Of a stretch of 64,000 bases of DNA, positions 31,470-40,694 are shown piece after piece. The stretch's first letter is position 1, and every line of letters starts with the position of its first letter. The translations under genes were made by a program, and so were the position numbers. The stretch is taken from positions 32,001-96,000 of the forward strand of contig CAVUVW010000016.1 in the NCBI GenBank assembly GCA_963745035.1, written 5' to 3'. Under the pieces are notes generated by a model. It saw nothing but the letters and a program-made list of their open reading frames with translations, did not search any database and had not been told where the DNA came from. Origin of the DNA: an uncultured delta proteobacterium. Its GTDB lineage: Bacteria > Desulfobacterota > Binatia > UBA9968.

Positions 31470-32423
31470 ATGAGATCACCGGCATCAAAAATGCGCGAGA
31501 CTTGCGGCAGGGGCGGCGTCGAGATTGATCTGCCGTTCAAGCCACCGTACGACTGGCCGGCCATCCTGCGATTCTATCAGTCGCATTCGATCCCCGGCGT
31601 CGAACGGGTTACGGATGAGTCTTTCGCCCGCGTGTTTCGGCTCGACGGCATGCTCGGATTTTTTGAGGTTCGCGCGGTCGCCGGCAAGCCCAGGTTGCGA
31701 CTTCGGATCGTGGGCGACGATCGCGCGATCGCTGCCGAAGTTGTGCGCCGGGTAGGAAGGATGTTCGATCTCGACTGCGACCCGATGCTCATTGCAAAGA
31801 GTTTTTGCGCCAGTCCGCTGCTCGCCGGCTTGTGCCGGCGCTTTCCCGGTTTGAGGCTGGCGCGCGGCTGGGACCCGTTTGAGACCGCGGTATGTTCGAT
31901 CCTGGGGCAGCTTGTCTCGGCTCGGCAAAGAACGAATTTGATCGGCCAGTTGGTAAGCAGCTACGGCGACGAAGTCGTCGATCCGGCGTCTGGGGAAAGT
32001 ATCCGCTTATTTCCGGATGCCCGAATCCTGGCACGCTCGAAACTCGACGCGGTGAGGACGACGATTGCGCGCCGCGAAGCGATTCGCGACTTGAGCCGGC
32101 GCGTCGTGAGCGGCGCGATCTCATTTTCCGACAGTCAAAATCCGGCGGCATTGCGCAAGGCCCTGCTCGAAACCAAGGGAATCGGCTCCTGGTCGGCGGA
32201 ATACATCAGCCTGCGGGCGATCGGCGACACGGATGCGTTTCCCAAAACCGATTTGATTCTGAAACGAGCGCTCGCGCTCCATCCCGATCTCGACTTGGAC
32301 CGGCTCGCGCCGTGGCGGGCTTACGCGGCCACATATCTGTGGAAGGAATTTGCCGAGACGCTTTCGAAGAACCGGAAGATTACATCGCAGAGGCGCAGAG
32401 AACGCGGAGATCATAAAAGGTGA
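31470..32423 (+). CDS. alkA: DNA-3-methyladenine glycosylase II (AlkA N-domain + HhH-GPD)
   Basis: PPYDW, IPGVE, DPFETAVCSILGQLVS, KGIGSWSAEYI.LR, DAFP..DL, PWRAYA; start could be 31491. Confidence 0.9.
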   Translation: MRSPASKMRETCGRGGVEIDLPFKPPYDWPAILRFYQSHSIPGVERVTDESFARVFRLDGMLGFFEVRAVAGKPRLRLRIVGDDRAIAAEVVRRVGRMFDLDCDPMLIAKSFCASPLLAGLCRRFPGLRLARGWDPFETAVCSILGQLVSARQRTNLIGQLVSSYGDEVVDPASGESIRLFPDARILARSKLDAVRTTIARREAIRDLSRRVVSGAISFSDSQNPAALRKALLETKGIGSWSAEYISLRAIGDTDAFPKTDLILKRALALHPDLDLDRLAPWRAYAATYLWKEFAETLSKNRKITSQRRRERGDHKR

Positions 32424-32430
32424 AACGAAG

Positions 32431-32940
32431 ATGACGCTGTCTTACAACGAAATGGACTCGCCGGTGGGTAAGCTCAGACTGGTCGCGAACGCGGCGGCTC
32501 TCGTCGCTGTTCTGTGGGAGAAGGAACAGCCGAACCGGGTGCGGCTCGGGAGCATGAATTTCAATCCGGACCATCCGGTGCTGAACGAAACTGAACGGCA
32601 GCTCGCTGAATATTTTTCGAGCACGAGAACGGCGTTCGATCTGCCGCTCGCGCCGCGCGGCAGCGAATTTCAGAAAAAAGTCTGGCAGGCTTTAAGAAAG
32701 ATACCCTTCGGCGAGACCCGAAGTTATCTGGCCTTGGCCAAAGAGCTGGGCTCCGCCAACGCCGTCCGCGCGGTCGGCGCCGCCAACGGCAAGAATCCGT
32801 TGTCGATTGTCGTGCCGTGTCATCGGGTCATCGGCACCGACGGCGCGCTGACCGGCTTCGCCGGCGGTCTCGTGGTGAAAGCCAAGCTGCTGGATTTTGA
32901 ATCCAGCAGGTCGATACCGACTCAGGAGAAGCTTTTTTGA
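32431..32940 (+). CDS. ogt: O6-methylguanine-DNA methyltransferase
   Basis: SPVGKL, GSEFQKKVW, IPFGETRSY, NPLSIVVPCHRVIG. Confidence 0.92.
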   Translation: MTLSYNEMDSPVGKLRLVANAAALVAVLWEKEQPNRVRLGSMNFNPDHPVLNETERQLAEYFSSTRTAFDLPLAPRGSEFQKKVWQALRKIPFGETRSYLALAKELGSANAVRAVGAANGKNPLSIVVPCHRVIGTDGALTGFAGGLVVKAKLLDFESSRSIPTQEKLF

Positions 32941-33653
32941 GCGTCACGGCGCGGGCGCGAAAACTGGAGGTCGACTGGGATCGAGCGCGTGCGCGGCTCG
33001 ATCAACGCGGCTTTGCGCTGATTCCCGGCGCGCTCGCGCAGCGGAGCTGTGAAGAGATCGCCGGCACCTACGCGGACGACGGCCGTTTTCGCTCGCGCAT
33101 CGACATGGCGCGCCACGCCTTCGGGCGCGGCGAATACAAGTATTTCGACTATCCCCTGCCGGCGATCGTGGGGCGGCTTCGCGCGGCGTTCTACCGTGAG
33201 CTTGCGCCGCTCGCTAACGAATGGGCCGCGCGGCTCGGCGCCAGGGCGCGCCGCTTTCCCGAAGAGTTTTCAGACTTCATCGATCAGTGCCATCGCGCCG
33301 GCCAGAAGCGCCCCACGCCGCTGCTGCTGAAATACGGCGCCGGGGATTTCAACTGCCTGCACCAGGATCTCTACGGCGATATCGTGTTTCCTTTTCAGGC
33401 GACGTTTTTCCTCAGCCGGCCGGCCGAAGATTTCCAAGGCGGCGAGTTTGTCCTCACCGAGCAGCGGCCACGCCGGCAATCGCGGGCCGAAGTGTTGTCA
33501 CCGAATCAGGGCGACGCCGTGATCTTCGCCGTTCATCATCGCCCCGTGCAGGGCGCGCGTGGCTACTACCGAGCCAATCTTCGCCATGGGGTCAGCACGG
33601 TTCGCTCCGGCGCGCGCTATACTCTGGGAATTATTTTTCACGACGCCAAGTAG
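32937..33653 (+). CDS. 2OG-Fe(II) oxygenase (DUF2086-like)
   Basis: FGRGEYKYF, PTPLLLKY, LHQDLYG, GGEFVL, RHGVS, LGIIFHDA. Confidence 0.85.
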   Translation: MSVTARARKLEVDWDRARARLDQRGFALIPGALAQRSCEEIAGTYADDGRFRSRIDMARHAFGRGEYKYFDYPLPAIVGRLRAAFYRELAPLANEWAARLGARARRFPEEFSDFIDQCHRAGQKRPTPLLLKYGAGDFNCLHQDLYGDIVFPFQATFFLSRPAEDFQGGEFVLTEQRPRRQSRAEVLSPNQGDAVIFAVHHRPVQGARGYYRANLRHGVSTVRSGARYTLGIIFHDAK

Positions 33654-33790
33654 CGGCTGCCGAGAAAACCAGAAACCCGGCTCAAAGAGTCCTGCGCCAA
33701 TTTCGGCTCTCCAGAAGTGCGCCTCTTATAAGTCGGTTACTCAGTTGTATACTGATTATCGGACGGCGTGTTTCTAAATGGCGAAATCTG

Positions 33791-34300
33791 ATGGTGGGCG
33801 TGGTGCAAATTCTGACCCTGCTGGCGGTCGCTGTAACTATGGCTCTCGCGCTTGCGCATGCCCTCGAGCTGCCGGGGAAGATGCGGCTCTCAAAGGAAGC
33901 GTACTATGCAGTGCAGCCTATCTACTTCTTTCCTTTCTACTATCCCGGTTTCACTTTCGCCGGCTTTGCCGAACCCTTTGGAATCCTTTTAACGATCCTC
34001 CTGCTATTCGTGACTCCATTGGGGACGGTGGATTTCTGGCTTATCTTGGCGGCGTTAGCTGGACTCATCGCTGTGCAGGCGGTGTATTGGCTCTTTACTC
34101 ACCCGGTAAATAAATTCTGGCTCCAGGACGAGAAACTGAGCCGGGCCGGTTCCGGCTTTTTCTCCTTCGCGGCCGACGCGTCACAGTCCTGGCCGGTCAG
34201 CTGGACAGAGCTGCGCGATCGCTGGGAGTATTCCCATGTGGCGCGAGCGGTACTTGCTTTCGCGAGTTTCAGCGCGCTGGCGATTGCGATTTCGTCGTGA
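33791..34300 (+). CDS. DUF1772-like membrane protein
   Basis: LAHALELPGKMRL, THPVNKFW, LRDRWEYSHVAR; four TM segments. Confidence 0.7.
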   Translation: MVGVVQILTLLAVAVTMALALAHALELPGKMRLSKEAYYAVQPIYFFPFYYPGFTFAGFAEPFGILLTILLLFVTPLGTVDFWLILAALAGLIAVQAVYWLFTHPVNKFWLQDEKLSRAGSGFFSFAADASQSWPVSWTELRDRWEYSHVARAVLAFASFSALAIAISS

Positions 34301-34338
34301 TGATCGACAAAAACTTCGAATCGCTGGGAGGATGGCGG

Positions 34339-34560
34339 CTACCTGTGGGCCGCCATGCGGACATCGCCCGATGGTCGGCGGTATTTAAGCGACGCCGGCT
34401 CGGATGAAAGGACTTCGGAATACAATCCGAGAGCCCGGGCCTGTTCGTAGCACGAGTGACAAACCGTCATATCGAGTAGAACAACCCCATTCTCCTCGCT
34501 GATCACCCGATAAGGCTGGCCGGCGACGACCTCGTCACAGTGTCGGCAGAAGAATTTCAT
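34339..34560 (-). CDS. Small hypothetical CxxC...CxxC protein
   Basis: MKFFCRHCDE...VCHSCYE; sigma-54-like motif upstream. Confidence 0.6.
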   Translation of the reverse strand: MKFFCRHCDEVVAGQPYRVISEENGVVLLDMTVCHSCYEQARALGLYSEVLSSEPASLKYRRPSGDVRMAAHR

Positions 34561-34573
34561 ACCGCTTTGTTTC

Positions 34574-34589
34574 AGCAAGCGCGATGCCG
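34574..34589 (-). promoter_or_regulatory. Putative sigma-54 promoter
   Basis: Minus strand CGGCAT-CGCGC-TTGCT. Confidence 0.5.
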
Positions 34590-34783
34590 TTATCTGTTTA
34601 CCGCGCAAATGGCCGCGTGTGACAAACCATCGTAAAAAATTCCGTGCGCTGTCCCGTCCACGGGAATAATCCGCAGCGTTCGCAATGTAAGTTGATTCAA
34701 CTTTGGGACAGGCAATGCGCACGTACTTTCCTTGGAGTCGCTCCGACGCTACGAAACGATTTCCGTAGGTCAGATGAGAGAGA

Positions 34784-34799
34784 CGGCACACGCCTTGCG
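34784..34799 (+). promoter_or_regulatory. Putative sigma-54 promoter
   Basis: CGGCAC-ACGCC-TTGCG, about 30 nt before ATG 34831. Confidence 0.55.
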
Positions 34800-34830
34800 C
34801 TTCGCTGGTCGTAGAGCGGAGGAGATTGCC

Positions 34831-34998
34831 ATGGCGAAAGCAAGTAAGAGGGCCAAGCGGCCGACTCCCAAGAAAAAAGCATCGAGACAGAAGATAGGGC
34901 GCAAAGTCAGTTCGCAAACCAAGCAGCCCTTCGAACAGGATGTCAAGCGCCGCATCGGCCAATTCGGCGGCGCGGGTGAGCCTCCGATCAAAAAGTAA
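34831..34998 (+). CDS. Small basic hypothetical protein
   Basis: RBS GGAGGAG; MAKASKRAKRPTPKKK...FEQDVKRRIGQFGGAGEPP. Confidence 0.65.
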   Translation: MAKASKRAKRPTPKKKASRQKIGRKVSSQTKQPFEQDVKRRIGQFGGAGEPPIKK

Positions 34999-35037
34999 GC
35001 GTCCGCAGGCGCGGGTTGAATGCGCAGGGAGCCGATC

Positions 35038-35535
35038 ATGCCGGAAAAACAAACCATCGAAAGAGCAAAGCGGGCAAGGCGAAAAGGGAAGTCTTCGACC
35101 ACACAGGCGGGCGAATTCGTGCGCGAGGAGATCCATCATGTCCGCGAAGGCAGGCACGGCGCGCGCTCGACCAAGCAGGCGATTGCCGTCGGTTTATCCA
35201 AGGCCCGGCGCGCCGGCGTCGATCTGCCGCCACCCGCGCCGGGTACCGTGTCCGAAAAGACCCGGCGCAGCGCCAAGCGCGCCTATGAAAAGGGTCAAAA
35301 GGGAAAGCGCAAGACATCTCCGCGCCGCGCGCGATCCACCGAAAGGGCTCTGAAGCGTGAGGGTAGGTCCGCGGCTTCCCGGCAGGCACTGTCGCGACAG
35401 GCGCATGGAGCGGCGCGAAGGCGCACGCGAACGAACCGCTCGGCGAGCGCGCAGCGGGCGGCGCGTACTAAGGGAAAGCGCGGCCGCTCAGCCGCCGCGC
35501 GCAAGGCGGCGCGCACACGCGCGCGCCGCGGCTGA
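35038..35535 (+). CDS. Arg/Lys/Ala-rich histone-like protein (DUF6496-like)
   Basis: TQAGEFVREEIHHVREGRHGARSTKQAIAVGLSKARRAGV; AARKAARTR tail. Confidence 0.8.
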   Translation: MPEKQTIERAKRARRKGKSSTTQAGEFVREEIHHVREGRHGARSTKQAIAVGLSKARRAGVDLPPPAPGTVSEKTRRSAKRAYEKGQKGKRKTSPRRARSTERALKREGRSAASRQALSRQAHGAARRRTRTNRSASAQRAARTKGKRGRSAAARKAARTRARRG

Positions 35536-35620
35536 GGGCCGCTTGGGCTGGATCACTGAGGCACTTGGTAATCTCCGGCCGCGAGCGAGACTTACAGCTC
35601 GCCTCGACGCAGCGATTCCG

Positions 35621-36298
35621 ATGGACAAGCCATTTTCCACCCGCAGAAAGGCAGGCGAAGAGCTTGCGAGCAAGCTCGGCAAATATGCCGGCCGAGGCGA
35701 TGTGCTTGTGCTCGCCCTGCCGCGCGGCGGCGTGCCGGTCGGTTACGAGGTGGCGCACGCACTTCATGCGCCTTTGGATGTTTTCGTCGTGCGCAAGTTG
35801 GGCGTGCCTGAAGACGAGGAACTCGCGATGGGGGCGATCGCCAGCGGCGGCGTGCGCATTGTGAACGAGGAGGTTACCCGGGCCGTCGGCATTTCCGAGG
35901 AGGCTATCGATGCGGTGGCGCGCCAGGAGTGGGTAGAGCTGGAAAGGCGCGAGCGGTTGTACCGCGGAGACCGTCCGCGACCGGCTGTGCAAGACCGCAC
36001 CGTTATCTTAGTCGATGACGGACTAGCGACCGGCTCGACGATGCGCGCCGCGGCAACTGCGCTCCGGCAGATGCGGCCGGCCAAAATCATTGTTGCCGTT
36101 CCGGTCGCCGCGCCAGAGACTTGCGACGAATTTCGCGAAGAAGTCGATGAAGTGATATGTGCGATTATTCCCGAACCGTTCATGGCTGTCGGCGCCTGGT
36201 ACGAGGACTTTTCCCAGACGAGCGATGATGAAGTGCGCGAGTTATTGCAAGACGCGGCGGCGCGCGAGCGACACAGCGCTTCACCGGTTACGATTTGA
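35621..36298 (+). CDS. Phosphoribosyltransferase-family protein
   Basis: LALPRGGVPV, VRKLGVP..EELAMGAIA, PRPP motif ILVDDGLATGST. Confidence 0.9.
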   Translation: MDKPFSTRRKAGEELASKLGKYAGRGDVLVLALPRGGVPVGYEVAHALHAPLDVFVVRKLGVPEDEELAMGAIASGGVRIVNEEVTRAVGISEEAIDAVARQEWVELERRERLYRGDRPRPAVQDRTVILVDDGLATGSTMRAAATALRQMRPAKIIVAVPVAAPETCDEFREEVDEVICAIIPEPFMAVGAWYEDFSQTSDDEVRELLQDAAARERHSASPVTI

Positions 36299-36334
36299 CG
36301 GCCTTACGGGCATGTGGCGAGTAGGAACAAGCCT

Positions 36335-36478
36335 ATGGCGCCGGTAATTGATAAAGCCACCATTCGCGGCGTGCGCGAAGCAGCGCGGCCGCTGACCGGC
36401 GCGAGCGCCGATTACGATGGTTTGCTCGAAAGAATCGGCGACGCGCATTTTGTGCTTCTACGTTGCCGCTCGCGTTAA
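36335..36478 (+). pseudogene. N-terminal remnant of erythromycin esterase-family gene
   Basis: VREAARPLTGASADYDGLLERIGDAHFVLL, breaking off just before the expected GEASHG motif. Confidence 0.65.
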
Positions 36479-36499
36479 CCGCGTCTTGAGGCGAAAGGC

Positions 36500-36757
36500 A
36501 TGGAAATATTTCTTAAGGTCGCTCCTCGAGCCTACGACCGGCTGCGCAGCCACATCACTGCCGATTCTCCCGCCCATGAAGCAATCGAGAAAGCGACCCG
36601 AATTGATCACGCGGTCGAAGGAGTACTGTTCGCCGGCTACAGTATCCCGTGCAATGAGCAGCAACTGCGGATCATTTTCGAGAGCGCCAAGCAGTGCTGC
36701 CCCGAGATCATCCCGGATGTCGAGAGAGCATTGATACACGTTCGTTCGGCCGAATAA
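36500..36757 (+). CDS. Hypothetical protein
   Basis: 85-aa ORF with RBS-like AAAGG and protein-like composition. Confidence 0.55.
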   Translation: MEIFLKVAPRAYDRLRSHITADSPAHEAIEKATRIDHAVEGVLFAGYSIPCNEQQLRIIFESAKQCCPEIIPDVERALIHVRSAE

Positions 36758-37032
36758 GCGTGCAGATAATTAATACGATCGGCCGCAGCCGAGCCGGAAA
36801 AGAAGACGAAAAACGCGCCTGCCAGTTGTCTTTCCCGAGCAACGCGGCGTTACGAGGATTTTTTGATTGATTTACCCTTGCCGCGTTTGCGTCGTCGTTT
36901 GGGACGCTTCGGATCCACACGCACCGATCTCTTCTTCAACATGGCTGTTCGCAAGTTTTTCGCCTCATGCCCTGCTCACACGGCGCATTGGCTGGGAGTC
37001 ATCTTTGACGACCCAAGAACGATTAGAGATCG

Positions 37033-37704
37033 TTAGAACTTTATCATCTCTAACCAGTTCTTATGTCCCGGCCCGGGTATTTTTCTTCGCCAGCCGGCCG
37101 CTTCATGCGAATGCCCGGACCCGTCTGAAAGTGAATAAGCGATTAAGCCGAGTGAGATAGCTCCTGCGGTGCCCACGAGAAAACGCGTCGACGGCGACCA
37201 GCGGCGCTGCATGATGTCCCAAACCTCGCCGCCCGGCTTTGGCTTGTCGCCTTGAAGACCAGTCACTTGCGCGCCATCGTCGTGCACCGCCAGATTGTTC
37301 TGTACGCTGGTCACGCCGCGTACCGCCCGCACGCCGTCGATAAGCTGCCCCTCTTCATCCGAAAGTACCGGGCCGCTGAGAATTACGCGACCATTGGAAA
37401 CCTCGGTTGTGATCGCCGAAGGATGGCGCACCAGAAAGCCTAGCTTGGAGCGGACTCTCCCCTCGAGCACTTCATCGCCGACTTCGCGTTTCGAGAATCG
37501 CGAGCGAAACTCAGCCATCATTCCCGCGCTCCGGTTGCCGAGATCGCGCGCCGTAATACCCGCGGCTCTGCGCATCTTTTTTCCCGCCTCGGTCATTTTG
37601 TCACGCGCCAACGCTCGCCGTCTTGCGCCTCCTTCGGGGTCTAACACGTACATCGCGGCGGCGCCTATGCCGATGCCCGTGGCCAACGAAAATACATTAT
37701 TCAT
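37033..37704 (-). CDS. BON-domain protein
   Basis: GAAAMYVLDP..G.RRRALARD; BON DEVLEGRVRSKL...GRVILSG...VRGVTSVQNNL; RBS GGAG. Confidence 0.85.
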   Translation of the reverse strand: MNNVFSLATGIGIGAAAMYVLDPEGGARRRALARDKMTEAGKKMRRAAGITARDLGNRSAGMMAEFRSRFSKREVGDEVLEGRVRSKLGFLVRHPSAITTEVSNGRVILSGPVLSDEEGQLIDGVRAVRGVTSVQNNLAVHDDGAQVTGLQGDKPKPGGEVWDIMQRRWSPSTRFLVGTAGAISLGLIAYSLSDGSGHSHEAAGWRRKIPGPGHKNWLEMIKF

Positions 37705-37798
37705 AACAGTCTCCTTCCAATTATCTGTGCCATCGAGTGGGCTCGAACAGTTCCGAGATGCTTCAATTTTTCTTCGTATCTTCTAATTCTTGAAAGCC

Positions 37799-37813
37799 GC
37801 AATAGACATGCCA
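37799..37813 (-). promoter_or_regulatory. Putative sigma-54 promoter of BON gene
   Basis: Minus strand TGGCAT-GTCTA-TTGC. Confidence 0.55.
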
Positions 37814-38293
37814 ACGCAGCGCAAGGGAATGTTCCTGTTGGAAGATTCAAGCCGATGACGTCACCTCCTGGAGGAACTAATTGTTTGTATCGTAGGGAGC
37901 GTATTTGACCATGCAAAGACTTGCATTTCTCTCTTCGCAAGAGAGGGCAGAAGAGATTTGAGGACGCAGTTGGGGGAATTTCTCTAGCAAACCTTTGTCA
38001 TGCCCGACGGAAGCAGGCGAACGGGATCTCGCTGCAGGCTTGGGTTTCGGCGGGATCAATCGTGATCGAAGAACTTCCAATTCATTCGCGACCAGGCTTC
38101 AGATCATTTCCGACCACATTTTAACGGTGATATGCAATCGCACATCCAGAAAGGCTTCATCTCCAAAAAAGCAGTCCGTGTCCTATTCGTAAGCACGATC
38201 GTGGCAGGCCCGGACGTTCAGTGGTCGACACAAATGAGACCGATTGGATGTCTCCACTCGAAACGCGCCGGCGAAAGTACTGCATGCGCGACT

Positions 38294-38797
38294 TTAAGCT
38301 CTGTTTCTTTTTGGAAAGTAGCAGGACATCCCGGCATAAACGGCGATGAGCGCCGCATAGTTCGCCATCATGAACCAGGGCGTTGACCATGGAATCCCAT
38401 TCACGAAGGGCGTAGGAAACGGCCACAGAAACGGCGTGGGAAAGTAGCTTTCGGTGTGCGTGGGAATATCGCAGACGACGTGTAAGATCCCCGCGCTCAA
38501 AAGCCAAGGCGGTATTTTTCTCGCGAGCCAGAGCAGACCGAACAGCGCCCCCCACACCACGAGGCTGTGCGTTATGTTGTAAGCGTAAAACAGATAGGGC
38601 GGAAGGATCGCCAGCGCCGGCGGGCCGGAGACTTCTCCGGCCAGCCGCATGCTGATCCAGCCCGGATTCATGGCGTGAAATATCCCGAAAGACAGCAAAT
38701 CGGGAGCCATGCCAATCAGAACCGCAGCGAAAAACTTCCGCCAACGCCGTCGATAAAAAGCCGCGCCGCCCCAAAGCCCGTGCGCGATGATATCCAT
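38294..38797 (-). CDS. Membrane-bound metal-dependent hydrolase-like protein (YdjM-like)
   Basis: AHGLWG, GMAPDL, THSL, LHVVCDIPTH motifs. Confidence 0.7.
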   Translation of the reverse strand: MDIIAHGLWGGAAFYRRRWRKFFAAVLIGMAPDLLSFGIFHAMNPGWISMRLAGEVSGPPALAILPPYLFYAYNITHSLVVWGALFGLLWLARKIPPWLLSAGILHVVCDIPTHTESYFPTPFLWPFPTPFVNGIPWSTPWFMMANYAALIAVYAGMSCYFPKRNRA

Positions 38798-38947
38798 CAC
38801 CGAAGTTTTGGACGTTGCGCGGCATGAATTCAAGACCGCTATCGGCACCGATCGAGATTTGTTGAAAGAATGAAAAAACTGCTCAGCCAGGGTCAGAAGA
38901 AGGTGCTCAGCCACGACAAAAAGTGATCGTGAAACTGACGGCAGGAT

Positions 38948-39524
38948 TCATTTGCCGATCTTCATCGCCTTGGGGCGCGCCAGAAGACGATCCACGTAGG
39001 TCTCCAGCTTAGGGCGATCCGTCCGGCATGCCCAGCATGCGCATCCAGATGAACATGGAGCCGATCATCACGTCGGCGGCGGTGAACCGTTCGCCGAACA
39101 GATACGGTCCGGCGCCGAGCTCGCCTTCAACCACATCCTTGACGGTCTCGAAATTCGCCCAGCCGCGCTGCGGCGCAGTCTCGACTTTCATAATCGCATC
39201 GCCCATTGCAGGCTCGATCTGCGCAGTCGAATACACCATCAGCGACAGATAGCGGCCCCGTTCCGGCGCGGCGATTTTGGGCGCGAGCTCGGCCTCGGGA
39301 AACTTGTCGGCGAGATACATGCAGATCGCCGCGCCCTCGAAGACTTTGGCATCGCCGTCGACCAGCGCCGGCAGCTTGCCAGCCGGATTAATCTTCAGAA
39401 ACTCGGGGGCCTTATGCTCGCGCTTGTTGAAATCAATGGGGACGATCTCGTATTTCGCGCCACACTCGTCGAGCATCCACTTGGCGATCACCGCTCGGCT
39501 CTGGGGATTGAAATAAAGTTTCAC
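38948..39524 (-). CDS. Glutathione S-transferase; frameshift near 39015
   Basis: FLKINPAGKLPALVDG, FEGAAIC.YLAD, YLFGERFTAADV. Confidence 0.88.
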
Positions 39525-39647
39525 CGGCCACCTCTCGGCAAATGATTGGCTGCAACCAGTCTGTGCAGTAAAGCGCGCGAAATCAATCCATCACGAAAAG
39601 AGCTGGACGTGGTATCGGCGTGGAACACGGCTGTGCGGCGCGGTTCT

Positions 39648-40493
39648 TTAATCAACCTCCAATACGCGTTTTAGAAGACTGTGGGCGAGCGCGGTGCCGG
39701 GCAGGTCCGCACCAACATCGCGCGCTAATTCCAGCGCAGGCGCCAAGCTTGCGGCGAACACCTCGGCGCGGTGCCGGCGAACAGGTTCCGGTTCCTGGGG
39801 TCTTTTGAACCTCTGCCAGTTATCCAACACGTTGCTCTGCCCGGAACTGACGTGCAAAACTTGCTGGAAGCTTTTGAAGTCGAGTCCGGTCTTGTCGCAA
39901 AGCAGCTCGCTCTCGTGGGCGGCAATCATGTTCAAGCAAACTACGATTTGAATGAGCATCTTGGCGGTGGCGCCCGTCCCGAGCTCGCCGAGATGAAATA
40001 TGTGGCTCGCCGAGGTGACAAAAACCGGGCGGCATTTTTCCAGAGCCGCGGCATCGCCTCCGGCCATATAGGCAAGCTGCTGGTCCTCGGCGCCTTTTTG
40101 GCCGCCGCTCATAGGCACGTCGATCACTTCGACTCCATCGGCACGACAGCGCGCGGCAATTTTTCGCACCGTCGCGGGAAGGATCGTGCTGTGAATCGCC
40201 ACGATCGACCCAGGTCGCGCGCCGTGAATCACGCCATGCTCGCCGATAACGACGCGCTCCGCCTGGTCATCGTCGACGACGGCGATTTCGATGATGTCGC
40301 TCCTTTCCGCAACTTCGCGTGGCGATGCGGCGACCGTCGCGCCGAGCGCAGCGAGCGCTTTACACGGCTCTTCGCGCAGATCGTAAACCGTGAGCTCGAA
40401 ACCACCTTTGGCGATGTTTGCAGCCATGGCTTTTCCCATCGCGCCCAAGCCGATAAAGCCAATTTTCGGATTGCATACGTTTCTTTTACCCAA
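39648..40493 (-). CDS. NAD(P)-dependent oxidoreductase, 3-hydroxyisobutyrate dehydrogenase family
   Basis: IGFIGLGAMG, IHSTI, DVPMSGG, GTGATAK. Confidence 0.88.
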   Translation of the reverse strand: MGKRNVCNPKIGFIGLGAMGKAMAANIAKGGFELTVYDLREEPCKALAALGATVAASPREVAERSDIIEIAVVDDDQAERVVIGEHGVIHGARPGSIVAIHSTILPATVRKIAARCRADGVEVIDVPMSGGQKGAEDQQLAYMAGGDAAALEKCRPVFVTSASHIFHLGELGTGATAKMLIQIVVCLNMIAAHESELLCDKTGLDFKSFQQVLHVSSGQSNVLDNWQRFKRPQEPEPVRRHRAEVFAASLAPALELARDVGADLPGTALAHSLLKRVLEVD

Positions 40494-40515
40494 AGAGCTG
40501 CCCTATCGTAAAGTG

Positions 40516-40592
40516 AAAAGGATAAAGGCGAAAGGATAAGGGATAAAGGTAGTCCGATATTTTATCCTTCATCCTTTATCCCTTATCCTTTT
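40516..40592. repeat. Inverted array of 7-nt tandem repeats
   Basis: About four GGATAAA-like units facing about four TTTATCC-like units. Confidence 0.75.
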
Positions 40593-40694
40593 AAAGGAGT
40601 TGCATCGCAGGCGCAGTACTTTGCCTGCGCGCCGAGGTCGTGCGGCATGCCGTTTGTTCGATTGGCGTAGTTGTGTTTTTATTAAGAATTCATC

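Noticed and set aside
30654-32423. Frameshift-split canonical Ada-AlkA fusion
   Set aside because: There is no room for an AraC HTH between the Zn domain and AlkA, and the Zn domain is in frame with the upstream methyltransferase.
37820-38290. Possible ncRNA or small ORFs upstream of the BON gene
   Set aside because: No recognisable RNA motif or convincing coding signal.
40561-40590. TTATCC units as DnaA boxes
   Set aside because: They lack the ACA end and follow a 7-nt tandem period.
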